64,000 nucleotides of DNA from Nitrospirota bacterium (GCA_963699545.1 CAVOUE010000006.1:192001-256000), one strand, 5' to 3'; numbered from the stretch's first letter, positions 13,437 through 22,612 are shown. Made by a program: numbers and translations. Notes: a model not told the origin generated them from the sequence alone.

Positions 13437-13500
13437 AGCAAGAGAAGTTCCTTGCTTTTTGCTCTTTTGAAATGCTAAACTTTTTGCACCGAAATCAAGT

Positions 13501-13617
<117 letters not shown>

Positions 13618-13627
13618 TAAAATAAGG

Positions 13628-13665
13628 AAAGGCCCGGAAGAAATTCCGGGCCTTTTTTGTTTTTG
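13628..13665 (+). terminator. rrn intrinsic terminator
   Basis: AAAGGCCCGGAA-GAAA-TTCCGGGCCTTT followed by a T-tract. Confidence 0.9.
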
Positions 13666-13847
13666 ACGTACTCACGGGCCCTCCCGCAGGGACAGACCCC
13701 CTGTTCGTTCACCTGAGAGGACGTCCTATGCACAGGGTGCACGTCCTGTGGTAGAATGTGAACAAACAGGGCTATGCCCATGCATAGCATAACAAAATAG
13801 CACTGACAGTGACATGCGGTCTTTATTCAAGACCAAGGAGGAAGACC

Positions 13848-14345
13848 ATGACGAAAAGGAAAACAACGAAGTTTTTGAGCTTATTTGTTGCCCTCGCCCT
13901 GCTGTGCGCAGTATCCACAGTGACCGGTGAAGAGTATGAGGCCATGAAGGGCGTCATATCGGCCAAGGCGGTCTTTGATGTGAGGCACGGCAATCCGAAA
14001 AGCGCCGCATCCCTCATGAATCTCATCCACGAGACATACAAGGTGCTGGCAATAGAGAAGAAGCAGCCAGTCTTTGTGGTCGTCTTCATCGGGCCGTCCG
14101 TCAAGCTCGTTTCCAAGAACAGGGAGGGGTTTTCTGCTGAAGACCAGAAGAGTCTTGACCAGATCGCCGCTACGGTAAAGGAAATGTCAAAGGACGGAAT
14201 AAAGCTTGAGCTCTGCGGCGTGGCTGCCAAATCCTTTAACGTGGATCCCGCATCTGTCCTGCCTGAGATCAAGGTGGTGGGAAACGGCTGGATCTCGGAG
14301 ATCGGTTATCAGGCCAAGGATTACTCTCTGGTTCCCGTGTATTAG
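13848..14345 (+). CDS. exported DsrE/DsrF-like family protein
   Basis: Signal peptide, AVFDV, VVVFIGPSVKL, ELCGVAA, VVGNGWIS...YSLVPVY; SD AAGGAGG. Confidence 0.75.
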   Translation: MTKRKTTKFLSLFVALALLCAVSTVTGEEYEAMKGVISAKAVFDVRHGNPKSAASLMNLIHETYKVLAIEKKQPVFVVVFIGPSVKLVSKNREGFSAEDQKSLDQIAATVKEMSKDGIKLELCGVAAKSFNVDPASVLPEIKVVGNGWISEIGYQAKDYSLVPVY

Positions 14346-14432
14346 GAAGGACGTTTGCCCGATTCCCTCGCTGTTGTGAGACAGTGGGGGAACCGAGAAA
14401 CGAGGTGCGATAATCTTTCTTTCTCGCACTGC

Positions 14433-14460
14433 CCCGGAAGAGATTCCGGGACTTTTTTGT
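14433..14460 (+). terminator. terminator nearly identical to the rrn terminator
   Basis: CCCGGAAGAGATTCCGGGACTTTTTTGT, 26/28 identical to 13633-13660. Confidence 0.75.
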
Positions 14461-15773
14461 TACAAGACACATTTCTTAAACTTCGCGAGATGTGACGGGT
14501 TTCCTTTCATCTTCAACTTTCCCGTTACCAGCGCCCTGAGGGGCGACACCTCTTCGTTCAGCATTTTGACCCACGTGTCGGAGTCCGCGCGGATACGGAG
14601 GTTGGCATTGCCGCTCAGGCCGGAGGAAACATTGACCGCGTTGTTTACTATCCGGACCGTTGCCTGTCCCGGTTCCTTTCCCGTGAATTCAAAATGAAGG
14701 GTCAGGTCAAGCCCCTCCGCCTTTTTTGGGTTGAACAGAAGAGGTATTCCGTTCAGAAAAGATTCGACAGACGCCGGTCTGATAGTATTCTTTACATAGC
14801 GAACGAACTTGTGCGTGTTCTTCGACGCCCTCTCTTCTGCCCTTGTGCCGCCTATGACATACACAGGCTCTCGTTTCTCTTTCAGGGGGTTTACGACGTT
14901 CTGAACATGCCGCTTCTTATCCTGCTGGTATTTTCCCAATTGCTTCGAGCCTGCAGGGCAGACTGCCATACAGTAGGAGCACCGGTAGAAGTGGCCGTAC
15001 GTGAGAGACTGCCATTTCGTGGCGGTCTCTGCGTCGGTGACCTTTGAACGGTACGCCCTGACGTTCTTTGAGGCGACCACGTCCTCGACCCATTCCTGGA
15101 ACCCGCCGAACAAGTCATGGTAGTTGTGCATTGCGCAGGACATAAAATCGAATTCTCCGTTCTTGCCTATGGCACCGACCGGACACACTGAGACGCAGAG
15201 CATGCAGTCAATGCACGGGTTCTCTTTGAGCGGGCCGTCGTATCGATCCAGTGTTGCGTTGATGAGGATTGTGTCAAGGATGATAAGATTGCCGAAGACA
15301 GGGTGAAGAACGATACGGCTTTTTCCCATACATCCCATGCCTGCTTCGACGGCCACCGTCTTGTGGCCTACCTCCCATATCTTCCCGGGCCACCGGTCCA
15401 TGTCCATGGGAAAGCCGGGGGGTATCGCGACACCCCTTATGCCTGATGCATTCAGGCGCTTGATGATCCGGCCGGTCACATCATAAAGGTCCTTGTGTAT
15501 CTTCGAAAACTCGTGGTCGGCGACCGAAGCGGAAGGGCTCTGTATGCTTTCCGGGTTAACGGCCTTGACGACGGAGATAAGCGTCCTGGTATCGCCATAA
15601 ACCCGGAGGATATCCCCTTTCTCTCCTGAGAGAGCTTCGCGTCCAACCTCAACAAAGCCGACATCATCGGCGCCCTCCTCGATGCATATCCTGCGGAGAT
15701 CATCCGCTGAGATGCGGGGTGTTTCCTGACCTTGTACTGCCACCAAACCTTCATCCATTCCAGCTGAACTCAT
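14460..15773 (-). CDS. QueG/reductive-dehalogenase-like 4Fe-4S protein with C-terminal SCP2 sterol-binding domain
   Basis: HKTVAVEAGMG, CIDCMLCVSVCP, CSYCMAVCP; C-terminal TGKLKMKGN SCP2-like domain. Confidence 0.8.
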   Translation of the reverse strand: MSSAGMDEGLVAVQGQETPRISADDLRRICIEEGADDVGFVEVGREALSGEKGDILRVYGDTRTLISVVKAVNPESIQSPSASVADHEFSKIHKDLYDVTGRIIKRLNASGIRGVAIPPGFPMDMDRWPGKIWEVGHKTVAVEAGMGCMGKSRIVLHPVFGNLIILDTILINATLDRYDGPLKENPCIDCMLCVSVCPVGAIGKNGEFDFMSCAMHNYHDLFGGFQEWVEDVVASKNVRAYRSKVTDAETATKWQSLTYGHFYRCSYCMAVCPAGSKQLGKYQQDKKRHVQNVVNPLKEKREPVYVIGGTRAEERASKNTHKFVRYVKNTIRPASVESFLNGIPLLFNPKKAEGLDLTLHFEFTGKEPGQATVRIVNNAVNVSSGLSGNANLRIRADSDTWVKMLNEEVSPLRALVTGKLKMKGNPSHLAKFKKCVL

Positions 15774-15793
15774 CGCCCACCTCCTGTCATTAC

Positions 15794-15805
15794 GTGTATA
15801 TACAC
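15794..15805. promoter_or_regulatory. palindromic operator GTGTATATACAC (putative MarR site)
   Basis: Perfect 12-bp palindrome upstream of the 4Fe-4S gene; second copy at 16290-16301. Confidence 0.7.
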
Positions 15806-15822
15806 GCCATTACCGAAAAAAT

Positions 15823-16281
15823 TTACACAGCCGCCCTGCCTGAAAACCCGTCCGAAAGTTCGGACAGGTCTCTGATCAACGAGGCGAATCTCTCTTCACC
15901 CAGCTTCTCAATTATCCGATTCTGCGTTTTCTCCCAATGGGGGAAAATGCTGACAAATGCCTTCTTCCCCTTCGCGGTCAGCGAAACCCTTTTGCTTCTG
16001 GGGTCTTCACCCTGCTCAAGCCTGATCATGCCCGCCTTTTCCATTGGCCTCAGGTTTCTCGTCAGCGTGGTCCGATCCATCACAAGGATGTCGGAAAGCC
16101 CGGTGATCGTCTCAGGGCCTGCCGCGGAAAGAACAGCGAGGATCGAAAACTGCGTTCCCCGAAGTCCATACGGCTTAATTGCCCTGTCGAACACCTGCGT
16201 AATTGCTCTCGATGCCTTGCGGAGGTTGAAGCATGTGCATTTGGCACAACTGGCAAGCCTTTTGTCGTCCACAATATCCAT
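15823..16281 (-). CDS. MarR family transcriptional regulator
   Basis: CTCFNLRKASRAITQVFD, MDRTTLTRNL, EDPRSKRVSLT. Confidence 0.92.
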   Translation of the reverse strand: MDIVDDKRLASCAKCTCFNLRKASRAITQVFDRAIKPYGLRGTQFSILAVLSAAGPETITGLSDILVMDRTTLTRNLRPMEKAGMIRLEQGEDPRSKRVSLTAKGKKAFVSIFPHWEKTQNRIIEKLGEERFASLIRDLSELSDGFSGRAAV

Positions 16282-16288
16282 ATTTATT

Positions 16289-16317
16289 AGTGTATATACA
16301 CCTATGAGGCTTGTCAA
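16289..16317 (-). promoter_or_regulatory. marR promoter TTGACA-17-TACACT overlapped by a GTGTATATACAC operator
   Basis: Minus strand TTGACA agcctcataggtgtata TACACT aataaat ATG. Confidence 0.7.
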
Positions 16318-16327
16318 GTAAATACTT

Positions 16328-16433
16328 CGGAGGGAGGGTCACACCGTTTCAGCTCCGGACTCGAGAACTATCAGCTCTCTGCCGGATTAGATAAGAAAAG
16401 GTCCAGAATCTCTTCGGGCCTTTTTGTTTTTTG
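16328..16433 (+). pseudogene. decayed 5S rRNA fragment plus rrn-terminator copy
   Basis: CGGAGGGAGGGTCACACCGTTTCAGCTCCGGACTCGAGAACT...CTGCCGGATTAGATAAGAAAAGGTCCAGAATCTCTTCGGGCCTTTTTG aligns to 13515-13560 and 13609-13665. Confidence 0.65.
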
Positions 16434-16528
16434 CTGCAGTGAAGATGTTGCTCCCCCGCCCTTACCGCTCGCGCGATTTGTTAACGGGATGGGTTCCCCC
16501 TCATTATCTCTCTTTTAAATCCTGCTCC

Positions 16529-16645
16529 TTATCTCAGTGCGCTTTTCGGCTGTTTGCCCTGCTTCGCTTTCAGATCTTTTGCCTCTTTGATCGCCTTCTG
16601 TTTCAGACCCTTGTCTTTGTCCTTCTTGCCGCCTTTGTCTCCCAT
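16529..16645 (-). CDS. 38-aa lysine-rich small protein (not in ORF track)
   Basis: MGDKGGKKDKDKGLKQKAIKEAKDLKAKQGKQPKSALR; SD AAAGGAGG 6 nt before ATG. Confidence 0.7.
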   Translation of the reverse strand: MGDKGGKKDKDKGLKQKAIKEAKDLKAKQGKQPKSALR

Positions 16646-16926
16646 TGTATGCCTCCTTTGCTGTTGTCAGTCGTATTCGTCCCGTGAGGGACGAGTACCG
16701 AACGCTGTAGCGCATTATACACGCCCGCCTCGGGCTTGTGCGCTTATGGAGGAAACTCCCCGGTACGAGGCCTATGAGCGTTCCTCATATGCAATGCTAC
16801 CAAAAGTACGAGCCGAAGGCAAGGTCGATTTACGCGTTACCCCTCAGGGTTCCTAATGAGCTGAGAGCCATTCCCTCCTTCCTGCCGAGAAGAAAGGATT
16901 GACACGTGTGTTAATATAAAAAAGGA

Positions 16927-17985
16927 ATGAAGACAATAAAAAGCATATCCCGCAATATGTCCAATGATAGTCTTGCGGGCGAGAGCCGGCATGCCCCGGA
17001 GCCGAATTCTGTTCGCGATGATGAGCTGCTGGATGCGTATTCACGGGCAGTGATCAGCGCAGCCGAAAAGGTGAGCCCTTCGGTGGTTCATATAGGTGTC
17101 CGGCAGGCTGGAAACAGTGATACGCGGCACGATCTTCAGCGGAACCTCCACGCCAGCGGCTCAGGCTTCATATTTACACCGGATGGGTTCATCCTCACCA
17201 ACAGCCATGTGGTGCACGATGCTGCGAGGATCGAAGTGACCCTTCAGGATGGAAGGCATCACCGGGCGTATCTTGTGGGTGATGACCCCGATACCGACCT
17301 TGCTGTCATCAGGATCCATGCGCCGAACCTTGCCGTGGCCAGTCTGGGCGATTCCCAGACCGTCAGGGCCGGCCAGCTCGTTATTGCCATCGGCAGTCCC
17401 TTCGGCTTTCAGTACAGCGTGACCGCCGGCGTGGTGAGCGCGCTGGGCCGTTCACTCAGGGCGCGGTCGGGAAGGCTCATCGACAATGTTATCCAGACGG
17501 ATGCCGCGCTCAACCCAGGCAATTCTGGCGGGCCGCTGGTAAATTCCCGCGGCGACGTGATAGGAGTGAATACCGCGATGATCCAGTCTGCCCAGGGAAT
17601 CTGCTTTGCCATTGGGGTGAATACTGCTAAATTCGTTGCAGCAACCCTCATGAAAGACGGGAAGATGAGGCGCAGTTACATAGGTGTGGCAGGGCAGAAT
17701 GTAAGCCTTAACCGGCGCATGGTGCGTTTTCACAATCTGCCTCTTGAAAGCGGGGTCATAGTGGTAGCAATGGAGATCAACAGCCCTGCAATGAGGGCAA
17801 GTCTGCGCGAAGGGGATGTGATCGTCGGCTTTGGCGGTCAGCCGGTCGCGGGAATTGATGAACTGCACAAACTCTTGACGCAGGACGCAGTGGGGAAAAG
17901 CTTTCCCCTTACTGTTCTGAGGGGAGCTGAAAAGATAGTTCTTGACATAGTGCCTGAGGAATCCGTTTCCCGGTCAACCAATTAG
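16927..17985 (+). CDS. HtrA/DegS-like trypsin serine protease with one PDZ domain
   Basis: GSGFI, LTNSHVV, DLAVIRI, QTDAALNPGNSGGPL, PDZ. Confidence 0.93.
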   Translation: MKTIKSISRNMSNDSLAGESRHAPEPNSVRDDELLDAYSRAVISAAEKVSPSVVHIGVRQAGNSDTRHDLQRNLHASGSGFIFTPDGFILTNSHVVHDAARIEVTLQDGRHHRAYLVGDDPDTDLAVIRIHAPNLAVASLGDSQTVRAGQLVIAIGSPFGFQYSVTAGVVSALGRSLRARSGRLIDNVIQTDAALNPGNSGGPLVNSRGDVIGVNTAMIQSAQGICFAIGVNTAKFVAATLMKDGKMRRSYIGVAGQNVSLNRRMVRFHNLPLESGVIVVAMEINSPAMRASLREGDVIVGFGGQPVAGIDELHKLLTQDAVGKSFPLTVLRGAEKIVLDIVPEESVSRSTN

Positions 17986-18025
17986 GAAAACTATTTCCTT
18001 TTCCTGTGCCCTACGCTCTCTGCGC

Positions 18026-18071
18026 TTACGTTTTACGCCTGACGGTATTCAGAAGAAAATGTGATGCGTCC
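18026..18071. repeat. 46-bp direct repeat copy A
   Basis: 39/46 identical to 18981-19026. Confidence 0.8.
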
Positions 18072-18092
18072 GGATCATTCCAGGTAATCCCC

Positions 18093-18521
18093 CTATTTGG
18101 ACGGTTGCCAGACCTCCGGGGTCATATTCCCCATCGTCCCGAATTCGATTCGCAACGGCCTGACAATTACTACGCAATAATTGGGGTCATCGGGGCCCGA
18201 AAAATAATTCTTCAGCTCGTCGAACCAGAATGAATGCCTTTCAGTCTTGTCGGTAGAAACTGCAGCAACTCCCACCACCTGCAACCAGTGCTTTGCCGTC
18301 TCCAGGGTTTGCGCCCCCAGAGATAGGTGAACATTTGGGTTTTTCCTGATCTGTGCGACCTTCTTCGTTTGCAAACGAGTGCAGAACCTGAATACCAGAT
18401 CACCATCGCACTTTCCCACAACATAGCGGACCCAGGGCTTCCCATCCGCAGTTATAGTCGCAAAATTAAGAAGCTGAAAATCCTTCGCCAAATCGAAAAT
18501 GTTTTTCTTCAAATCGCTCAT
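18093..18521 (-). CDS. pyridoxamine 5'-phosphate oxidase-like FMN-binding protein (general stress protein 26 family)
   Basis: FATITADGKPWVR, TKKVAQIRKNPNV, YFSGPDDPNYCV. Confidence 0.85.
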   Translation of the reverse strand: MSDLKKNIFDLAKDFQLLNFATITADGKPWVRYVVGKCDGDLVFRFCTRLQTKKVAQIRKNPNVHLSLGAQTLETAKHWLQVVGVAAVSTDKTERHSFWFDELKNYFSGPDDPNYCVVIVRPLRIEFGTMGNMTPEVWQPSK

Positions 18522-18687
18522 GTCATGCCTCCTTCCAAGATTGGTACTGATATGCCGGTCACTTGCCCGGCAGTCATCAAAGAAAAAATAGATATTTAAA
18601 GTATATCACAACAGGAGAGAACCGCCAGAACGTGCGAAGGAAGAATGAAGATTTGACCCCTTAGGGCCTTCCTCATCCATAAAGGTA

Positions 18688-18909
18688 TTAGCGAAGGTCT
18701 TTATCGGTGAGGATTCCTTTCTTTTTTGCCTTTCTCGACCAGTAACCCTGTATCTCCTTGAGTTCCTTTCCCAGCCTTTGACTTCTTGCGATACGGAGGG
18801 CATCCTGGATGATCCCGCTCAGCGTCTTCCCTTTTTCAGCGGCCATGTCTTCAGCCTCTTTCGCAAGGTCAGGGGGAAGAGAAATAGTCCTCCTTACAGC
18901 TGTCGCCAT
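18688..18909 (-). CDS. ribbon-helix-helix (CopG) antitoxin-like protein, toxin partner absent
   Basis: RRTISLPPDLAKEAEDMAAEKGKTLSGIIQDALR...KAKKKGILTDKDL; SD AGGAGG. Confidence 0.75.
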   Translation of the reverse strand: MATAVRRTISLPPDLAKEAEDMAAEKGKTLSGIIQDALRIARSQRLGKELKEIQGYWSRKAKKKGILTDKDLR

Positions 18910-18980
18910 GCCATCACCTCCTGGTATGAATAAATACTGCCACAACCTGCGAGGAAAGACAACCATACCCGCCTCGTGAC

Positions 18981-19026
18981 TTACGATTTACGTCTGACGG
19001 ACTTCAGGAGAAAATGGGATGTGTCC
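18981..19026. repeat. 46-bp direct repeat copy B
   Basis: TTACGATTTACGTCTGACGGACTTCAGGAGAAAATGGGATGTGTCC. Confidence 0.8.
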
Positions 19027-19050
19027 CTGGTTTTCTTCCCTTGTCGGGTA

Positions 19051-19431
19051 TCACAAGCCATCCAATTCCTTAAGGGCATCCTCCAGTTCTCGAATGGTGG
19101 CTTGCGATTGTCTAAGCACTTTATTGAGCATATCGGGATATTTCTTAACCACCTCCACCATTTTGTTCCATCCTTCTTTGCTCAATCGATATTCACCTTT
19201 TCGAATAAAGTCCATGTATCCTTTGTCTCGCATATTTTGGATAGTTTTTTGGATAGTCTGTTCAGGCTTTTCAGGACTTTCTTTGTGACCAAGCATAGCC
19301 GTAAGGTTAACTGCTAAATCAAGATTTTCGGCTGACATAAGCTGACGACGCAAGAAAATGCGATTGTCGTGGCTCAGCATCTTATTAATAATCAAAAATA
19401 CAGCAGTTCTCCCAGTTTGACCTCTCAACAA
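19051..19431 (-). CDS. winged-helix protein resembling the DpnI/Dam-replacing C-terminal wH domain
   Basis: PEQTIQKTIQNMRDKGYMDFIRKGEYRL resembles the DpnI-type KIRQQLQxLRDKxxIEFxGRGxYR motif; start uncertain (TTG). Confidence 0.55.
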   Translation of the reverse strand: MLRGQTGRTAVFLIINKMLSHDNRIFLRRQLMSAENLDLAVNLTAMLGHKESPEKPEQTIQKTIQNMRDKGYMDFIRKGEYRLSKEGWNKMVEVVKKYPDMLNKVLRQSQATIRELEDALKELDGL

Positions 19432-19476
19432 GTCTCGTGATTTCTGGCATCTCTACTTCCTTTCTGTTCCACCTTT

Positions 19477-19674
19477 TCACTTGGATTTTCTCTTACCCTC
19501 TTCTTCCATGAATGCAGCGAATTCATCGATGGAAACTCCGTACCACTTCTTTGAGTTTTTTCTTGCCCAGTGCACGCCGCTCGGCTTGATGCGGATGTGG
19601 CCAACAACCTTGTTTCCATCATCCACAATCTTAAAATCATGAAACTTTTCTGGACTAAATCTGTTCGTTGACAT
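19477..19674 (-). CDS. small hypothetical protein (65 aa)
   Basis: SD AAGGAGG, 14 nt after the radical SAM stop; beta-rich then helical sequence. Confidence 0.75.
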   Translation of the reverse strand: MSTNRFSPEKFHDFKIVDDGNKVVGHIRIKPSGVHWARKNSKKWYGVSIDEFAAFMEEEGKRKSK

Positions 19675-19688
19675 CGTGATCCTCCTTC

Positions 19689-20810
19689 TTACTCAGAATA
19701 GACCTCTCGTGGAGTTGTGATATATCTTCTCTCGACTCCGTCAATATATCGTCCAGCTGGCAAATCGAGCATAATAGCGATGTTCTGTCTTCTTACAGCT
19801 CTTCTAAAAGCCCTGACCTGTTTATCTGTCCAGCCTTTGTGAATATAATACTCGCTTTCGTCCTGCCTCTTGGCATTTGGCCTGTAGTTATCAGAAATAC
19901 TATCCAACGGTCTAAACCTACAATCTATCACTCTGACTTGCCATCTGCGGCAAGCATCGAGTTTTGCTCTCATCTCCCCGTATGACAAATCATGGTTGAA
20001 GAGCACGAAAACAAATATATCGTCCGCCCGAAATTCTGCATCTCTTAATACCTGTATCTGCTCTTTGATTTTTGGCCAATGTGTATAAGGTCCGTCCCAT
20101 GCGATACGAGGATGCTGAAAGCGTGCTTTCTTTAAGTAAGTAGCAATTTCAGGATATTTAATAAGAATTCGCCCATCCAGGCCACTTTGACTCTCGCAAC
20201 GTACTCTGCTTTGATCAGGGAATTTGAAGTTTGTTATTTCAGAAAGGATATCTTTGATATAAGGGTTGGCAAGAAGATTATTGTCATAGAAAACAATCTT
20301 CTTTTTCCTGATTTCATCTTTGACACTTTTTTTATATGTGACATCAGGTTCGATTTTCCATGTGCCACAAAAATTGCATTTTCTGAAGCAGCCTCTCGAA
20401 GCGTGGACAATTTGATAGTCCACATTTACCAAATCATAGGCCGGTTTCAAGTTTTCCGCCTTCCCTTCTCCGTAAAGACCCGGTCTCACATAGTCGCACC
20501 CTGATGCCTTCGCATGTTCAGGCATCAAGGATGCATATATCCCCCCCACCTCCATTCTTGCGCTGGGATAAAGCTCTTTATAATACTTGACACTTTCCCA
20601 AACTTGCCTTGACCAGTACGTGAAAAGAGATGTTACTTTTATTTCATCGGGATAGCTCTTTGCCTCAAAGTTGCCTCGATGTAATTCAACGCTGTCCCCA
20701 ATGCTTCTATGATAAGCGGCGATCTTTAAAAGACCAATGGGTAAAAAGTTACAGTGGTTCTTGCTCTTTGCAGGAATCGGGAAATTAGGTTCGACAAGCA
20801 ATATATTCAT
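19689..20810 (-). CDS. radical SAM protein with B12-binding-like N-terminal domain
   Basis: LPIGLLKIAAY, VGGIYASLMP, SRGCFRKCNFC (CxxxCxxC), YDNNLL. Confidence 0.88.
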   Translation of the reverse strand: MNILLVEPNFPIPAKSKNHCNFLPIGLLKIAAYHRSIGDSVELHRGNFEAKSYPDEIKVTSLFTYWSRQVWESVKYYKELYPSARMEVGGIYASLMPEHAKASGCDYVRPGLYGEGKAENLKPAYDLVNVDYQIVHASRGCFRKCNFCGTWKIEPDVTYKKSVKDEIRKKKIVFYDNNLLANPYIKDILSEITNFKFPDQSRVRCESQSGLDGRILIKYPEIATYLKKARFQHPRIAWDGPYTHWPKIKEQIQVLRDAEFRADDIFVFVLFNHDLSYGEMRAKLDACRRWQVRVIDCRFRPLDSISDNYRPNAKRQDESEYYIHKGWTDKQVRAFRRAVRRQNIAIMLDLPAGRYIDGVERRYITTPREVYSE

Positions 20811-22234
20811 CTCAATTTACCATTTGTCAGAACATAGTTATATATGTTTTCAAAAATGGTAATTGCATTATTCGGGGATAACTTAATATCGGTTGGATGT
20901 GCGCAATCGCACCGGGTCTGATAATTTCCTCGAAGAGCGTTAAATTGTGTTACCGTCAGTATTTTTTTATAAACCAGATAGCATAATAAATGCAAGTCAT
21001 TGCTTCGGATTAGGAGCTCATCGAGAGAAGAAATGTTTTTCTGAAAGTCCTTCGCAAAATGTTTCCATGCTGATGTCCGGTTATCAAACATCGCCTGAGT
21101 AGCGTCATTAAAGTCTTTAAGATTCGTGCCAACATATTCCAAAATTCTACTGATACAACATGACCAAATCATTAAAGTGGATGCCTTAAAGCAGTGTATT
21201 TCAAGGCAAAATAATGCTTCAGAAATATATTCATACTCGTTTTCCGTAAAACTGCCGCCTATTTTTTCAATAGCGGTTCTAATATCAGTTATGGATGCCT
21301 GCTGTTTGACTGACACTTTTATAGTTCGAGGACTGTAAACCAAAGGTGATGTGTATTTCATCCTCTTTTTTAAGCCCGGCTTAGTGGCTGGCTTTCTTAG
21401 CCCCTTTTTGGTCTTCTTCGAAGGTTCCGTAAGGTTCTTGAATTCACCGAGAGTTTCGCTGAGGGACTTTTCCTTTTTCTCCAAGAAATTGATCAGCAAA
21501 TCTTCAATTTCACTCTTTGGCTTGTCATGTGAGAAAACTTCCTTAAATTCATCCATGAGGAAACGCGTATTTATTAGCTTCCCTTCCAAAGCCTTCTGTA
21601 TCAGAATTTCCCGTACTTTGTCCTCGCCATATTTTTTGTAGATATCAGAATATTTCTTGCGAAGAGGGCTAATAAAGTTCGCCTCTATCTGAACTAGATA
21701 ACTCATGGACAATTCCTTGGCAAGCACCCTCTCTATTATTTTGTCATCGTATTTGATCAACCTTAAAAGATCAGTAATTTCATGTGAGGTATGTGAAGTC
21801 ACCTCCTCGACATTTTTTCTAATGGCGGCTTCTGTTATGTGAGGATTTGCTTCTTTAAGATCGAAGATAATTTTCTTAATCGCCTTGGTTTCTGCGGCCT
21901 TATCCCAATTTTCCCTTAACATATGAACTTGATATGCCAAGATGCGGCCGTCAGTGTCATCTTTAGCTATCAAGACGGGGACGTGGGATAGCTCCCCCGC
22001 AAGCGATGCCCTAAGCCTTCTTTCCCCATCTATAAGAATATAGGAATCAGCTTTCTTGACGTCAGGTTTCACAATCAATGGCTCCAGAATTCCATATTCC
22101 TTTATGGAGTTAACTAATTTACTGAACTGGGGAGATCCCATTATTTGCTTTTCCGAGAGTCCTCTGGGATTATTCTTATCGAAGGAAATATTCTGGGGGA
22201 TGATAAAATGAAGTTTTCTTTGCAATGTTTTCAT
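20807..22234 (-). CDS. ParB/Srx N-terminal domain protein with C-terminal HEPN/DUF4145-like domain
   Basis: LVNSIKEYGILEPLIV, LIDGERRLRA (ParB); EYISEALFCLE...QTRCDCAHP (Rx4H); ATGA overlap with the radical SAM gene. Confidence 0.75.
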   Translation of the reverse strand: MKTLQRKLHFIIPQNISFDKNNPRGLSEKQIMGSPQFSKLVNSIKEYGILEPLIVKPDVKKADSYILIDGERRLRASLAGELSHVPVLIAKDDTDGRILAYQVHMLRENWDKAAETKAIKKIIFDLKEANPHITEAAIRKNVEEVTSHTSHEITDLLRLIKYDDKIIERVLAKELSMSYLVQIEANFISPLRKKYSDIYKKYGEDKVREILIQKALEGKLINTRFLMDEFKEVFSHDKPKSEIEDLLINFLEKKEKSLSETLGEFKNLTEPSKKTKKGLRKPATKPGLKKRMKYTSPLVYSPRTIKVSVKQQASITDIRTAIEKIGGSFTENEYEYISEALFCLEIHCFKASTLMIWSCCISRILEYVGTNLKDFNDATQAMFDNRTSAWKHFAKDFQKNISSLDELLIRSNDLHLLCYLVYKKILTVTQFNALRGNYQTRCDCAHPTDIKLSPNNAITIFENIYNYVLTNGKLR

Positions 22235-22612
22235 GACCCTCTCCTCATAGGCAGCATAGTGCTAGGTCTTGATTCTTGATTTCTTTCATCGGCTGCCTTT
22301 TGCGGTCTTTCCCTCTGACAATCTGAAGGCACTGCGGGCGATAATCTTGGCGCACTGATAGCAGATGAGGTCCCGGATGGTCTTTACGTCTCTGTCAGGC
22401 ACTGACCCCTGCCCTCCTCTGTCGAGCTCTGGAGAACGTGTTCACTCTCTTGACAACCCCTCCTTGTCAAACTAACCCTATCATACGCCCAAGCCACCCA
22501 AAGTTCAACACAAAAGACCGTGAAAAGTGGTCGCGAATGGGAAAGATATACGAGGCAAAAGGGTCCACAGTTCCACCGCTCAAGGTCCCATTGTTCAAGA
22601 GAGCCCAACAGG

